Source of the DNA: Eledone cirrhosa
Taxonomy: Eukaryota
NCBI GenBank assembly: GCA_964016885.1
Contig: OZ024759.1
Span: forward strand, 31,186,001 to 31,250,000
Direction: 5' to 3'
DNA length: 64,000 nt
A program made the translations under genes and the position numbers. Below the pieces are notes generated by a model. That model was given only the letters and a program-made list of their open reading frames with translations. It searched no databases and was not told the DNA's origin. Positions 26,627 through 41,447 of the stretch are shown piece by piece (position 1 is the stretch's first letter; each line of letters begins with the position of its first letter).

Positions 26627-27522
26627 GAGGGTGTGGACGATATGTGTTCGCAATTTTCAACTGCTAATTTTATGCAAATTTTTTTTACTTCTGTTGTCAC
26701 TCTTGTCTTCATAAAAACAGTGACTATATGTCCATTATTTATTTTCAGAATAATTGATTATGAATAATTTTGAACCTCCAAATTTGTGGAAGAGACACGG
26801 AGTTCTTCTTGGAATCCGCGCCGGGAGGACAAATAAGACCAGAAGATCAACTCCCAGAACAACAGGTGGCTTGCTGTTTCATCCAAAGACGTGCCCAGAG
26901 TCATGCAAACAAAGTTTCCAGCGACAACATTGGTCTTAGGTGTCGTCAGCAGTCAAGGTGACGTCATGCCACCTCACTTCTTCCCTGAGGGCCTCAAGCT
27001 GAACACTGATGGCTACATCCGCATTCTGAGTGAGGTAGTATAGGCCTGGATCAACCAGGTAGCTGCAGGTAGGCTGTACTTGTGGCAGCAAGACTCAGCA
27101 CCCTGCCATACCAGCCGAAAGACCCAAGCCTGGCTGTCAGAGAACTTCGTCGACCACACTTCACCTGACATCTGGCCTCCCAGCTCGCCTGACTGCAACC
27201 CCCTCGACTTCTTTGTGTGGGGCGCAGTGGAATGAGACACCAACAGATCTAGCTGCAATACGAAAGACGATCTGAAGGCCAGGATCACAAGTGCCGTTAG
27301 GGGCCTAAGTTGGGGGACAGTGACGAAGGCCTGTAGCTGGTTCCGAGGCCGCCTTGAGGCCGTCATCAAAGCCAATGGCGGGTTTATCAAGTGAGATCGA
27401 AAGAACAAGCAAGTCATGAAGACAAACTGACCCAAGTTTGATAAATAAATCTTAAAAAATAAAACTACTGTGTTATTTTTTCCTAGACAGTAATCTTGTG
27501 AACAGATATCATCTGCACCCTG
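26627..27522 (+). mobile_element. Internally deleted Tc1/mariner transposon, DD37D (maT) type
   Basis: Imperfect ~26-bp TIRs (AGGGTGYRGAYGATATSTGTTCRCAA), TA at right end; WQQD-(37 aa)-D in ...WPPSSPDCNPLDFFVW; in-frame stops; N-terminal domain mostly deleted. Confidence 0.9.
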
Positions 27523-27801
27523 TATATACACACACACACACACACACACACATAGGGAGAGTAAAAAAGATAAGGGATAGGGAAGTATATTTTTGAAAAC
27601 CTTGCTAATAGACGAGGTTGTCTGTCATAAATCTGCTTTGACAAAATGGAGAAACGGCCTGTCCAGTATTATAATGGCTTCTTATATTTATTACATTCGT
27701 GCAAGTGATTAATGTCATCAACTGAATGTGTTTGATGTATTCTACCACTTCCAAACATTATGCCACTTATCCAGCTATATGTATTCACATGCTTATGTAT
27801 A

Positions 27802-27840
<39 letters not shown>

Positions 27841-27851
27841 ATACATATGTA

Positions 27852-27889
<38 letters not shown>

Positions 27890-27920
27890 CACATATATAT
27901 GTCTATGTATATATATAGAC

Positions 27921-27951
<31 letters not shown>

Positions 27952-28210
27952 TAAATATATACATATATATACATACATATATACATATAAATGTAATCTG
28001 AGTTTTTCGAATATTAATAATAATATTCAATTTCTTTTGTTTGTTATATACATATATATAACATATACATATATATACATAAACCTACATATAAACATAT
28101 ATATATATATATTTATATATATACACATATATATGCATGCTTTATATATATATATATATATACATATCTATATGCATATATATATATAGACGTATATATA
28201 TGCATGCGCT

Positions 28211-28245
<35 letters not shown>

Positions 28246-28631
28246 CATTTTATATATATATATAGAGAGGGGGGGGGGGCAGATGGAGACATCGACATAG
28301 AAACAGTGATAAATTAATATGAACTACATTTTTTCCATTGATGTTATTAATGGTTTTCTTTATCATAAAACCAATTCATCAAATCACATCGTTAAATTCA
28401 CAAAATCTTGTTTGGGTTTCAGCTTTTGCTTACTGGCCATGCATTGCTGTATAAGTATGGTTATGTGATGCTAGTCTTAGTACCGTAATATGTGATATGT
28501 TTTTCTTGATTTATTTTTATGCTGGTGGCCCTGTTATAACTTATTTTAAGGTTTTACTCGTTAAAAAACTTTTTCTACATTTATGTTTATCGAAGAAATG
28601 TCATGTATTTTCATAACCTCTTTGCAATATT

Positions 28632-28802
28632 ATTGTATCTCCTGGCACCGAAGACGCTTCATCCTCGAGGACACACACTAATTTTGCCAATGAAATGTTT
28701 GAAAGAAAATAATAAACAACCTTCGGCCTCCAGAACGCATGGTAGATTTTTGAGATTTATTGTAGGAAAAAAGTAGCGTCCTTGACGCAGGGAAATATGG
28801 TA
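28632..28802. mobile_element. Tc2/pogo-type MITE (second copy 39511-39667)
   Basis: TA-flanked degenerate TIRs resembling CYGTATTTCCC...AGGACGC; body shared between the two copies. Confidence 0.7.
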
Positions 28803-29651
28803 TATTCGGCATCCTGTGCAAAGGAGTATGCACTTTAGTCAAGCGTACCAGATGAAATGTGAACCACTTTTACTTTAACATTAATTATTCATGATCACAT
28901 CATAGAGTGAGGATATTGAATCTACAAACTTCCTGTCTAGAATTATTCATGTAGAACACTTTGAATAGGACTGCCTAAAGTTAATAAATAATATTAACTT
29001 CTGTGAATATAATACTCTCTCCGACAAAGTTAAAATCCGATATTGAGCCAATTGAGATGTCTGAAGAAGAAAAAACAGTTTTGCTTAACAAAACCAGAAA
29101 TCTTGATAAAACATAAAATTTTACAGCGATACCTACTCAACAAAATTGCATCAAAACATCAATATATTATGATGCATAGGCAGCGAATTTGCAGTGTCAT
29201 TAGAATGTAGGATAGAACGTTAAGCAGTATTCGTTATGACTATCTTCTCTCTGAGTTCAAATCCCACCAAAGTCAACTTTGCCTTTCATCTATTCGAGGT
29301 CGATAAAAAAAAAAAGAAGCAGTCTAGTACTGGATTCAATTCTTTCTTGATATATCTTTCTCACTCTCTCTCTCTCTCTCTCTCACACACACTTTCCATC
29401 CTTCTCTGTAAGAAATCTACCATGTTCATACCTGCAGAGAGATGGGCTCCACCAAGCTTTAAATGCCCTAGAAATGCCATATGGTCTTTGGAGAGATAAC
29501 AAGTGGATATCATTATTCACAGATGATTTAAGCAAAGTTATTATCCACGAAATATCAGTTTTGTGGCGTTCTGATGATGACTTTGAAACAATTCACTTGA
29601 TTCAGAAAATACTGCTGTTGCCTTTCAGCTAATAGTACAGTGACAACTTAC

Positions 29652-29735
29652 AATAGACTTCAATATATCTCTCATCAGTGAAAGAATTAAAAATTTAGAA
29701 CCTGTCACCTCATCAGCTACTGTCCACACGTGGAA
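29652..29735 (-). CDS. Candidate 84-nt coding exon of an unknown gene
   Basis: Acceptor CCTTTTCATATTTTAACAG, donor GTAAGT, one open frame FHVWTVADEVTGSKFLILSLMRDILKSI; no homology recognised. Confidence 0.25.
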
Positions 29736-30667
29736 CTGTTAAAATATGAAAAGGAATATTACAAAACGCTGAATATAATACAACATATCTGTTCCAGTTT
29801 TCAGTGAGCATCAACCACAGTATTATAGTCGTTGAGACAGATCTAATGTAATATGTATTATGTCACACACCATTGCTTCTTTGTCAGCATTGATTGAAGA
29901 AGTATTGTTGTTCTTATCAATGGAAATATCTAACATGATTTCCCTGATTAGAATTCTCCAGCAATGACCTACTATAATTCCAATAATTGGAAGTTTCCTG
30001 CCAAGATCCATCAAAACAATGTGTGTTGTAAGAGCTGTCCATCCTACATATTTTCTTCAGTCTAAACTCTATGTTGTCATCATTAGCTTCCCAATGACAC
30101 ATAACCAGATATAATTAGATTACACTTAGATTGCTCTTTCCTTATAAAGTTCACATTCTAATAACTTCAATAACGATCTCTAATTGGGCACACTTTCCAC
30201 CAAAGAAAGCCATGACGATATATTACATACAGTTTCATAAACTAATTTTACACTAGACGAATTATATTGCAGACAGTGCCAAAATAATATTTCATCAATT
30301 ATTATATCATTGGTTTGGTTGTATATATCTAATAAACATACAATTATATTATTCATTTTTCTTTTTACAACATAGATCTAATGTTTCAACAGAGACAGTT
30401 AATTGTTGGTTAAGCTTCTTCAGAGAAATAATGTGATATTACCCAAGTTCATCAAATATGATAAACTTTCATAATATCACATTGCTTCTTCGGGGAAGCT
30501 TGGTGACCTGTCAACTTGCTTTGCTGAAACAGCAGAGCTATGTTCTTCGCAAATGAATGAATAATCATATATCTATATTTACTCAATTATAGATATTGTG
30601 TTCAGCCTCACTTATGGTTTAGCATGATCAAAATATCCAAACATAATAATATTAATATATATTATTA

Positions 30668-31320
30668 TTGCCTTTCATCCTTACGGGGTCCATAAAATAA
30701 AACACCAGTAATGTACTGGGATCGATTTAATAGTTTTTTCCCCTCCCCCACCAAATTATTGGCCTTGTGCCTATACTAGAAATCATTATTAAGGGTGGTG
30801 GAGGGTGGTGGATTGGTAGTATCAGTAGAGAGTCGGACACCATGCCTTGCAGCACAGAGTTACGGTCCTTTACGGTCTGAGTTCAAATCCTGCCAAGGTT
30901 AACTTTGCCTTTCATCCTTACGGGGTCGATAAAATAAAGTACCAGTCACACACTGGGTCGATTTAATCGACTTTCCCCTCGCCTCAAATTGCTGGCCTTG
31001 TGCCTATATAAGAAACCATATTGGCAGTATCGGTAGAGGGTCGGATGCCATGCTTTGACGCATAGAGTTACGGCTCTTGCCATTCTGAGTTCAAATCCTG
31101 TCGAGGTTAACTTTGCCTTTCATCCTTACGGGGTCGATAAAATAAAGTACCAGTAATGCACTGGGATAATTGCTGGCCTTGTGCCAAAAGGAGAAACAAT
31201 TATTATTATTATTACAAAAATAAATTACCAGTAATGCACTGGGGTCGATTTAATCGACTTTCTCCGCTACCCAAAAATTGTTGCCCTTGTGCCTAAATCA
31301 GAGATGGTTATTATTATTAT
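30668..31320 (+). mobile_element. Head-to-tail chain of four family-A SINE copies/fragments
   Basis: Repeated SINE cores, each starting in the ATT tail of the previous copy. Confidence 0.9.
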
Positions 31321-34119
31321 TGGAAGTACTATGTCTTAAATTAGGAAGAGTAAAAACCCAATGAAATAATTGATTGCAATATTGGCAATATTCTTTGTAA
31401 GTGCCTGTGCAGTGTTATAGCCTAATTAAAATCATTCTAAGGAACGGTTATAACTCTATATAGTAAGAGGCTCAGATGTTATTTGGAAACACCGATAGTA
31501 ATATATTAATGTTAATTAATGTATGTGTATGTTTACTATTGAAACTAATCATAACACAGTCAGAAGCAATGTCTAAAGCTTTCAAAAGAAATATTTTTAA
31601 ATTAATAGATAAGATGGATTTAGGATACACAAAGGAAAAATAATTATGCCTGTTTTTAAAATTGGAGAAACTAATACAGCATCATCCTCTGAGATCAAGT
31701 GCTTTGCCTAAAATAAATAGATTCTTTCCTGGCAACATATATAAATAATTGATTTATTTCCTTATGTGTGTGCTAATTGGAACTAACTAAAGTGTTTCAT
31801 TAGTTTTATCATCTCGTTAGGTTTTGTATTGATGAAATCAACTGACTAAAAGACAAACATCAATTTACCTTTGCCTACCTACCTACTTGCCTACCCACCT
31901 TCCTACTTGCCTACCCACCTTCCTACTTGCCTACCCACCTACCTAAGCAACTTACCCACCTACCTAAGCAACTATCTGTCTATGGCCATGATATAACCCT
32001 TGGGATAAATATATTTAGATGTCTTTGTTAGAAATGAGGTCAGTATTTATTTTAAGTATGCCTTAGTAGTTCATTCAGTCAGATTTGGTATATTCATGAT
32101 TCTTATATTGTGATTACAGGCGCCATATTAGCAGAGTTGTTATAACAATGGATAGGAGGTAATGTGGTATTCAATCTGGCTTCATGTACTCTCTCGGAGT
32201 TCAAATCCAACCAAGGCCAGGTCAACCATGCCTTTCATCCGTTCGAGGTTGATAACATGTATACCAGGCCAGTACTGGGGTATATCTTTCTCACTTCCTC
32301 TCCATCAGTCTTATTCCTTCTTTGACTTGCATCAATTTGAAATCGATAAATAAACTATGAGCCCAGTACTGGGGTCGTTTCTTCCTCAATATATCTTCCA
32401 CACTTCGTCTCTATCACTCTCATACCTTCTTTTTTTTTCATCCATTAAAGGTTGATAAATTCAGTACCAGCAACATACTGGTGCCAATTCTTCCTTTATA
32501 TCTCTTTCACATTTCATTCACTCTCCTTCACTGAATGAAACCAAATGTGTGCAATCATGGAGAGGGTATTAGCTGCACCAGGTTTAAAATTCTAAAGGCA
32601 TCTTGTATATCACTTCCGCACCACCCCTATGATTCCATCAGGAGGCACAGGTTCACACCTACCTACATAATGTCAACCCTGACATATGTGTATGAAAGTT
32701 CCAGGATGGCCCTGAAATGATTCGAACTGCAAACAAAGGTATTGTTTGAGATATGCATGGCATGCATGCATAGTCCAGTCACTGTTGAAGAGTAGTATGG
32801 ACCCCATACTAACATACGGGGTTTCTAAGGCTTTTTAACTTGACAGAGCCCAAACTTCTTCAGGTCTAAATACAGACATTTTCTTCCAGAGAGAGAGAGT
32901 AAGAGAATGGAAATGAGAAAGAGATATAGAGGAATAATTGACCCCAGTAGGTAACTGGTACGTTTTTATCGACCTCGAATGGATGAGAGGCAAAGTTGAC
33001 AGTGGTGGACTTTCAACAGAGAGAGTAACAAACCAACATCAATAACGCACAGCATTTTATCCAACGTTCTGATAACTCTGATAATTCGGTGCCTTATGTA
33101 CGTGATATAAACAATACTAATTGATGGAATAATAGCTTCATCTTTCAAACATACAACACAATATACTTGTAGATAGTTAATGTCCAATATTCAAAGCAGC
33201 TGCCCTGGTAGTTACATAAATAGTTTTGTTTGTTTGTTGTTGTTGTTGTTTTGTCTAAAAAAAAGATGCTTGGTTATTCATGTTTAATAATTATTAAACA
33301 TGATTTTTTAATAACATTTTCTGAAAATCTACATCGATATAACACAATAGTTAAATTTAAAATATTTAGATTGTTGTTTTTATCTTCTATTAGAAAGAAG
33401 TTTATTTAGCGAAAAATATGTTTCATTTTAAATGTTTGCAGCAGATATATTTATTTTTACTCTGTAGAATTAAATAAAAAATATGAATAAATAATGAATT
33501 TTTTCTTTTTCACTAGTTAAAATTAAAAATTATATTTTAGATATAGTTTATATAAATTTTCGGTTACGATTTCCTATTAATTTTATGAAAGAGAAGCAAA
33601 GAAAATTAAAATTGATATAAGAGAAAGTTTGTGATATTATGATGCTGGAAAACGTTTAATAGAAGGTAAAAACATTTAATAGAAATCCTAAACCTTGTTT
33701 ACAAAAGTTGAATTCTCATTTACAAATTTTTCTAGCATAACATGTTTTAAAATAACATAAAAATTATAACAGAATTCAAATTTATGCATTCATGTCTGAT
33801 GTTTAAATAATATTAAAACTACAGTTGAAATAACACAATTTTTCACAATGGTGGAGGAAAATTATTTTGAAGTCAAACGAACTATGAAATATCCAAAAGA
33901 ATAATGTTTGTACATGAATATCAGAATTTGGTATGTGATAGCCCTGATGAATTATTGCTGTTTTATATGAAAGGGTTTGAAAACTGATAATATTGGCCAA
34001 TATATTCCTTGTCGATATTGTGTTTCTTATTTGTGTCTATGGCGGTGAATTGAGTCATTAGAATGTCGGATACAAATATTTTGGTGCATTTGTTCTGGTT
34101 CTCTGCTCCCTCAGTTTAA

Positions 34120-34319
34120 CCCTTTAGCATTTAAATCGGCCATATCCGGCCAGAATTCTCTCACCTCTTTCTGTTCAAACTGGCTGTAACCAGTCACTTA
34201 TACTGGTATTGTTCTCAAAATAAATAACAACAAAATCTCATAGATTTGAAATTATGTAAGATAAAGCCTTTACCACAAAAATACAATAGTATATAGAGAG
34301 TAATGTAAATGCTAAAGGG
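34120..34319 (-). mobile_element. piggyBac-type MITE inserted into a SINE B-box
   Basis: TTAA both sides; the SINE (~34040-34400) resumes ATTCCACCGAGGTCAAC. Confidence 0.9.
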
Positions 34320-35152
34320 TTAAATTCCACCGAGGTCAACTTTACTTTTCATCCTTTCAAGGTCGATAAAAAAGTACCAGTCTACTACTGGAGTCAATTC
34401 TTCGTCTATATATTTTTCTCACTTCCCCTCTCTGACTTTCTATTCTTCTCTGTTTCTCTGCAAGAAATCTGCTGTATTCATGGCTGGAAAGAGATGGGCT
34501 CCAACAGCTTTTTTTTTAATTTCTCAAGAATCACCGTACACCACTATGGCGCCCTTACGACTATCAGGAGTTACAGAACCACACCATACCATCCCTGATA
34601 ATTTATTGCTGTTCGTTATGAAAGACTTTGAACCATGTGTATATTGGGAATATATTTCTTGTCATTTTTTTATTTTCATAAACCTGATTGTACATAATAA
34701 TTGTTTCTACTTTTTGGCACAAGGCCAGCTATTACCCCAGTGTATTACTGGTACTTTATTTTATCGACCCAGTAAGGATGAAAGGCAAAGTAAACCTCGG
34801 CGGGATTTGAATTCAGAATGGCAAGGGCCGTAACTCAATGCCTCAAAGCATGGCGTCCGGCCCTCTACCAATACTGCCAATCCACCCAGGAGAGCTAGGC
34901 AACAGATGGTCTTCAGAGAGGAACCCAACCCTCTCAAGCAAATATTTCGACCCTGAAATTCTGAGGCCGAAATACTTGCTTGAGTGGGGATTCTTATTTG
35001 AATCTATTGTTTTCATTAACCTCATTGCCAATATTGTTTCTACGTTAGGCACAAGGCCAGCAATTACCCCAGTACATTACTGGTACTTTATTTTATCGAC
35101 CCCGTAAGGACGAAAGGCAAAGTTAACGTCGACAGGATTTGAACTCAGAACG

Positions 35153-35762
35153 TGGTCGTGGTGTCGTATGGAGGTGGTGTAGAGTAGTGTAGTGTGGTGT
35201 GGTGTAGTGTGGTGTGCTGTCATTTGGTGTGTTGTACTGTAGTGTGGTATGATGCAGTGTGCTGTGCTGTACTGTATTTTGGTGTGGTGTGGAGTATTGT
35301 GGTGTAATGTGGTGTTATGTGGTGCGGTGTGTTGTGGTGTAGTGTGCTGTGGTGTAGTGTGCTGTGGTGTAGTGTGGTATGGTCTGCGGTCCTGTGGTGT
35401 GTTGTCTTGTGTTGTACTATGGTGTGATGTAGTGCGCTACGGTCTGCTATCCTGTGTTCCACTGTATTATGGTGTACTGTGCTGTTGTGTGCTGTTGTGT
35501 GATGTATTAAGGTGTATTGTGGTGTATTGTGGTGTATTGTGGTGTACTGTGGTTTTGCCTGCTGTACTATGCTGATGTGTGCTGTCCTGTAATGTACTAG
35601 GGTGTATTGTGGTGGTGTGTGTTATCCTGTGGTGTTGTGTGCTGTCATGTGATGTACTAAGGTGTATTGTGGTGTTGTATGCTGCACTATGCTGTCCTGT
35701 GTTGTGCTATATTACAGTCTACTGTGGTGTAGTATGCTGTGATGTGATGTGATGTGGTGTGT
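35153..35762. repeat. Degenerate (GTGTN)n pentamer satellite
   Basis: Read directly. Confidence 0.9.
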
Positions 35763-36376
35763 TGATATTTCATAACGTGTTAATTCACCACTTTACCTGA
35801 TCTTTGAAACTACCGACATCATATCTTTGAATATATTGATTTTTTTAGATGAACACACGGTTACAAATTGTTAAGGCAGTTATAGCTGTTTAAATAGGGT
35901 CTCTTTACCAGCTTGATTTTCTTTGTATCGACCATAGTTCAATGGAACGGAAATGTCGATCAGGGCGAGATTTGAGCTCATAAAGTACAGGAACAAGATT
36001 ATTCAATACACTAAAGTCATTCAATATAGTGTTTAATCTTTTCTGCCATCAGTCGGTCTTCGTTATCTTCATGATGTTGAAAGAGTTAATTTGATGTTCT
36101 TTTTATAGATTATCAATCTTTAAATAATTCCTTAGCATCGACGTGTCAATGTCAAGAGTTCAAACGATCAGATTATCGAATTTTCATCGATCAAATTACT
36201 TCACACAATCATTCATTTTTTTTTCCTGTCTTGTGAGAGAGAGAATAACACATTTAGTTCTTAATAACATCGATACAAGTTCCATTACACAGCTTCACGC
36301 ACGGTTACACATATACATTCACACAATATATATGAATGTGTACATACTATGTATACATATGTGGTTGCACATACGC

Positions 36377-36441
<65 letters not shown>

Positions 36442-36444
<3 letters not shown>

Positions 36445-36810
36445 TTATTAAAATAACAGATTAAAGTTTAAGCAAAGAATCGCTGCTTTCACCCTTAACA
36501 GGATCTTCTGAAACGTTCCCTTCACAAAACATACATGTTTTGTGAAGGGAACGTTTCCACGAACCAAAGTATCGTCTTCCTGTCTTCCTCCGGTTGCAAT
36601 GTTTTTTGAAATATCCACTTCTGCGTTTACAGATTGACTTTGTTAGTTTCAGAAGATCCCGTTAAGGGTGAAAGCAACGATTCTTTGCTTAAACTTTAAT
36701 CTGTTATTTTAATAAATATTTGCTCTACGGTTCTTATATATTTGATATATATTTATCCTTATCGAGCCCTCTTTGGATTTTAGTCTTCAAATTTATTATT
36801 ATTACTATAT
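36442..36810 (+). mobile_element. Hairpin-plus-tail insert in (TA)n with degenerate HHR core
   Basis: Arms 36442-36514/36646-36718, inner hairpin 36510-36557; CAGAAGA-TCCC-GTTAA-GGGT-GAAA. Confidence 0.65.
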
Positions 36811-36847
36811 ATATATACATATATATACATATATATATATACACACA

Positions 36848-36907
<60 letters not shown>

Positions 36908-37221
36908 TTTCGGGATTGTAATGAGTCAAGTTACTGTACATTCACCAAAGTGAACACACAATGCGTAGGGGGAAAACTTTAAAAATTATTTAAAAGAAAA
37001 ATAAATATACAAATAAAGACACAGAACTCCATGTTCATTGACCATCGAGATGGACTTTGGCAGTTTCGACCCCTACCAGTGGTACTGCTGGTCCAACTGG
37101 GGTCACAGTATCTGACATAACATAAGCCAAATGCTGTCCAAAGGATCTAGCTGTCAAAACAGCCTAAGTATCGAGTACTCTGGTGCGTTATGGTCCACCT
37201 GGTATCTTACCACACCTTCTT

Positions 37222-37256
<35 letters not shown>

Positions 37257-37258
<2 letters not shown>

Positions 37259-37490
37259 TATTAGTATTGGTGTTCTGAAATAGCGATGTATACATGAATG
37301 TATGTATAGTATATTTGGCAATATACTGTGTGTTTAATTAAAAACATTTAGAAGACCATTCGCTATCGGTTTTGAAGTAGTGACTATGAATAAGTAAGTG
37401 ACATAGTCACTACTTTAAAACTCATAGCGAATGGTCTTCTAAATGTTTTTAATTAAATATACGGTATATTGCCAAATATACTATACATAC

Positions 37491-37493
<3 letters not shown>
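37257..37493 (-). mobile_element. Hairpin-plus-tail insert in (TA)n; second copy 45140-45298
   Basis: ~92-bp arms 37297-37388/37402-37493; the second copy has the same tail but a different turn-around point. Confidence 0.75.
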
Positions 37494-37543
<50 letters not shown>

Positions 37544-39956
37544 ATTATATTGACTAATCTCTATATCTATTTTTAAAGATTGGTGCATCTAATTTCCGAG
37601 AATTTGGCTGCTATTACCAGCAAGTTGAACAACTGTGTTAAGATTCACTTTTCTCTACAATGTAAGTATAATGATATAGCGTGCAGCAGCTGCTTTGCAA
37701 AATCTCACCATTATTGAATAGATTGCCGAGGTTGACTTTGCCTTTCATCCTTACGGGGTAGATAAAATAAAGTACCAGTAATGCACTGGGTAATTGCTGG
37801 CCTTGTGCCTAAAGTAGAAACAATTATTGAATAGATTTTCAGCTAGGGAATCTTTCACTATCCAATTTTACACCATGAATAAATAAACGTAGACATATTG
37901 TGTTGCTCTTTACTATTTTTTTTGTAAATGGTCAATTGCTTGTCGCAATCAGACATTTTTTCATCAACTACAGTGTCCCATTTCTCCAAGAAAATGTCCT
38001 CCTTTCGTTGATGTGACAGTCGTCGTTTCCTATATCTTTATATTCTTCTCCACATTTCTTGTTTTCTCTATTCCATTTCTTATTATTACTGTCATTCTGT
38101 TCCCAAGAAGACATTTATTTTCGTTTCCCAGCAGCTCTTTTTCAATATAAAATCTTTCTCTTAATTCCAACCACCTTCTCTCTTTCTTTCTCTTTTTTTC
38201 CTCTCGGCCCTTTCTCTCTCTCACTTCTGCTCCCTCACTCTTTCTTTCTCTTTATATATATCTCTCTTTCTCTCTTCATATATATATATATATATATATA
38301 TCTGTTTCTCTCTCTCTTGCCCTTCTCTTTTTCTATATCTTCGTCTCTCTCTCTCTCTCTTTCTTATTTTATTTTCTCCTTTCATTAATTCTATTCTGTT
38401 AAAACTTCATTTCTTCTAAACAGATTAGATATCAAATAAATACTAGATATTTCTAGCATCTTAGCAAAGCATACCGAGAAGACACCTGTCAGCAAAGACC
38501 CAGCCTAGAAAAAACAATCTTTTAAAATAGCTGTTTTTGCTTGTAAGTTGTGAAGCAGATTAATTACATATTGTGTTTTATGACTCTCCACGCTGCTCGA
38601 GGGAAATACTGGTGTTATCCTGTCAAAGTAGTTATTGATAAACTTTGAAATTAGCAAACCTAGCGTTCATCATTTAAACATTTATTATTTAACTAGTTGG
38701 CCCTGTGCCATAAAAAATGACAGCTAATTGTAGTATGTTATATATAAAAAGGGTACCAAACCAAACAAAAACAAAAGTAGAATTTGGTTTTTCACTCTAA
38801 CATAGTGGATACGTAAATGTATTTCTGAGTTTTATATCAAATAATAATTGTTTCTACTTTAGGGACAAGGCCAGCAATTTGAAGGGAGGGGAAAGTTGAT
38901 CAATAATAGTCGGAGAATAAAACCAAAATTTATCAAACAACTGAGCATCAGATCGGTTCAAGGAGACAATGTTTTCATTGGTTCTTCTATTGCTGATATT
39001 TGATACAATGTTATGTAAAAAAACAAACCAACAAAACCTGACATAGGATGCTATGGGGAAATAGAGTATTTCTTCCCTATCTTTTGGTTCATGAATCGAA
39101 CCCACGACCTTAAGACTGTTGGTTCAATATTGGATATGAAGTTAAATCTTATTCCTTGAAATTGCAGCAAGATGTCAATAACAAAACCAAATAATAAATA
39201 ATGTTTATAATAGATTGGAAAATAAGTTATAAGAAAAGAAAACTGACCAATGTCAAATGATTGAGGAGAAAACGTAATATAAGTAGATATTTCCAGTAAA
39301 AGAATTCTTATTCAAGAAAAGCAGACCGAAGATGATTTAATGCACATGCAAGCAAGGTCAATGTGTTGCATTAGAATGAATACAATTACATAGACTAATA
39401 AATTAATATAGGAGACCCAGTAAGAAAAAAAGCTTTACTGGAAGGTGCTAAGGGAATGTGTAAAAGTTACAAGAACAATTGAAGACTCGATTGTAGCGGA
39501 TCAATTTAAATACTATATTTCCCAGTGCCTCAAGGACGCACCCTAATTTTGACAACCAAAAATTTGAAAAAAACTAATAAACAACCATCGGCCTCCAGGA
39601 TGCATGGTTGATTTTTGAGACTTATTTTAGGAAAAAAGTAGCATCCTCGACGACGGGAAATACAGTACTTGCCAGCTGAAGATAAATAATTATTCTTCCT
39701 TCATAAGAAATAATCAGGACGATGATGATTTCTTATGAATGAAAGAGTGAAACAGTTCTAGTCCTGTTGAAGTTACTTCTATAATAAAACAAAGATGCCT
39801 AAACGCTACTAACATATTGAGTATCTTTATTGTGGTCATCTCCCGATTAACATCAGGAATCCATCTATATATATATATACAGAATGCATGAAATGGAAAG
39901 ATTTCTTTATGTCACCACAAAGACGTGGGTGAATTTAGCAGCAACAGCAGCAGCAA

Positions 39957-39994
<38 letters not shown>

Positions 39995-40069
39995 CTAGTG
40001 TAGTTAGCAAGCACTCAGCCACACACTCCCTTCATTAGTGTTACCCAATAGAAAATACATCTTTTCTTC

Positions 40070-40910
40070 ACCCACTTATTCCTGAGAGGGTCATGGGGGG
40101 CAGAGTCCTCAAACACTCCCTCCAGCTGGTCCTGTCAGAAGCAACCATCTGCAAATTATCCAGCTGGATCCCTAAGCGTTATCCAACCATCTTGCTCGGA
40201 GTCAACCCGTGAGTTTGCTGCCTGTTGGTTTTGCCCATAAAATCTGTCCAGCAATTTTTTCCTGGGGCATTCTAACCACATGCCCATAGTATCGGAGCTG
40301 TGGTCTCTCAACTGGAAGAAGTAGCAGCTCTACCTGGAGGAACTCTCCAGCAATTCTTTCCTTAGACATTCTATCCACATATCCATAGTATCGGAGCTGT
40401 GATCTCTCAACTGGAAGAAGTAGCAGCTCTACCTGGAGCAACTCTCCAGCAATTCTTTCCTGAGATATTCTAACCACATGCCCATAGTATCGGAGCTGTG
40501 ATCTCTCAACTGGAAGAAGTAGCAGCTCTACCTGGAGCAACTCTCCAGCAATTCTTTCCTGAGATATTCTAACCACATGCCCATAGTATCGGAGCTGTGA
40601 TCTCTCAACTGGAAGAAGTAGCAGCTCTACCTGGAGGAACTCTCCAGCAATTCTTTCCTGAGATATTCTAACCACATATCCATAGTATCGGAGCTGTGAT
40701 CTCTCAACTGGAAGAAGTAGCAGCTCTACCTGGAGGAACTCTCCAGCAATTCTTTCCTGAGATATTCTAACCACATATCCATAGTATCGGAGCTGTGATC
40801 TCTCAATTGGAAGAAGTAGCAGCTCTACCTGGAGGAACTCTCCAGCAATTCTTTCCTTAGACATTCTATCCACATATCCATAGTATCGGAGCTGTGATCT
40901 CTAAATTCAG
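40070..40910 (-). mobile_element. RTE 3' fragment with a 120-bp unit tandemly amplified ~5.5x
   Basis: In-frame 40-aa repeat ELLLLPVERSQLRYYG(H/Y)VVRISQERIAGE(F/L)LQV. Confidence 0.9.
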
Positions 40911-41377
40911 AGAATTGGTTTATATGAAATAGTCAAACTTTGTATAAGAGAACTGTGTAAGAGCATTGAAATGTATAAAACAAATGAAAAATTTATGTTA
41001 TAAATTATAAGCGCAGTTATGACTCTTTTGCTAGAACAGAAAGTAGTGGCATTAATTTATTACGAAAATGAAAATACTGCAGCTAATTACCTTGTTAAAC
41101 AAAACTAAACTATCAACTGTCATTCACTTAGAGAATAACGATATGTTGGTGTGATGTCATGATTACTTAATTAGCAAAGTTAAATGGTTTATGAGAAATA
41201 TATTACATTTTAAAATGTATCATATGAGACATATGTGCAACATTCAGACAGAGAAAAGTAACAAATATCCATGGAAAACTTCATACATATATATATAATT
41301 GTAGCTATATATAAATATATATATATGATGTGGGTAATGATAAATATTACCCAATTACCATTATACTCACGTATATA

Positions 41378-41447
<70 letters not shown>

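Noticed and set aside
29571-29600. CTGATGA...GAAAC hammerhead-like motif
   Set aside because: No stem I or stem II; likely chance
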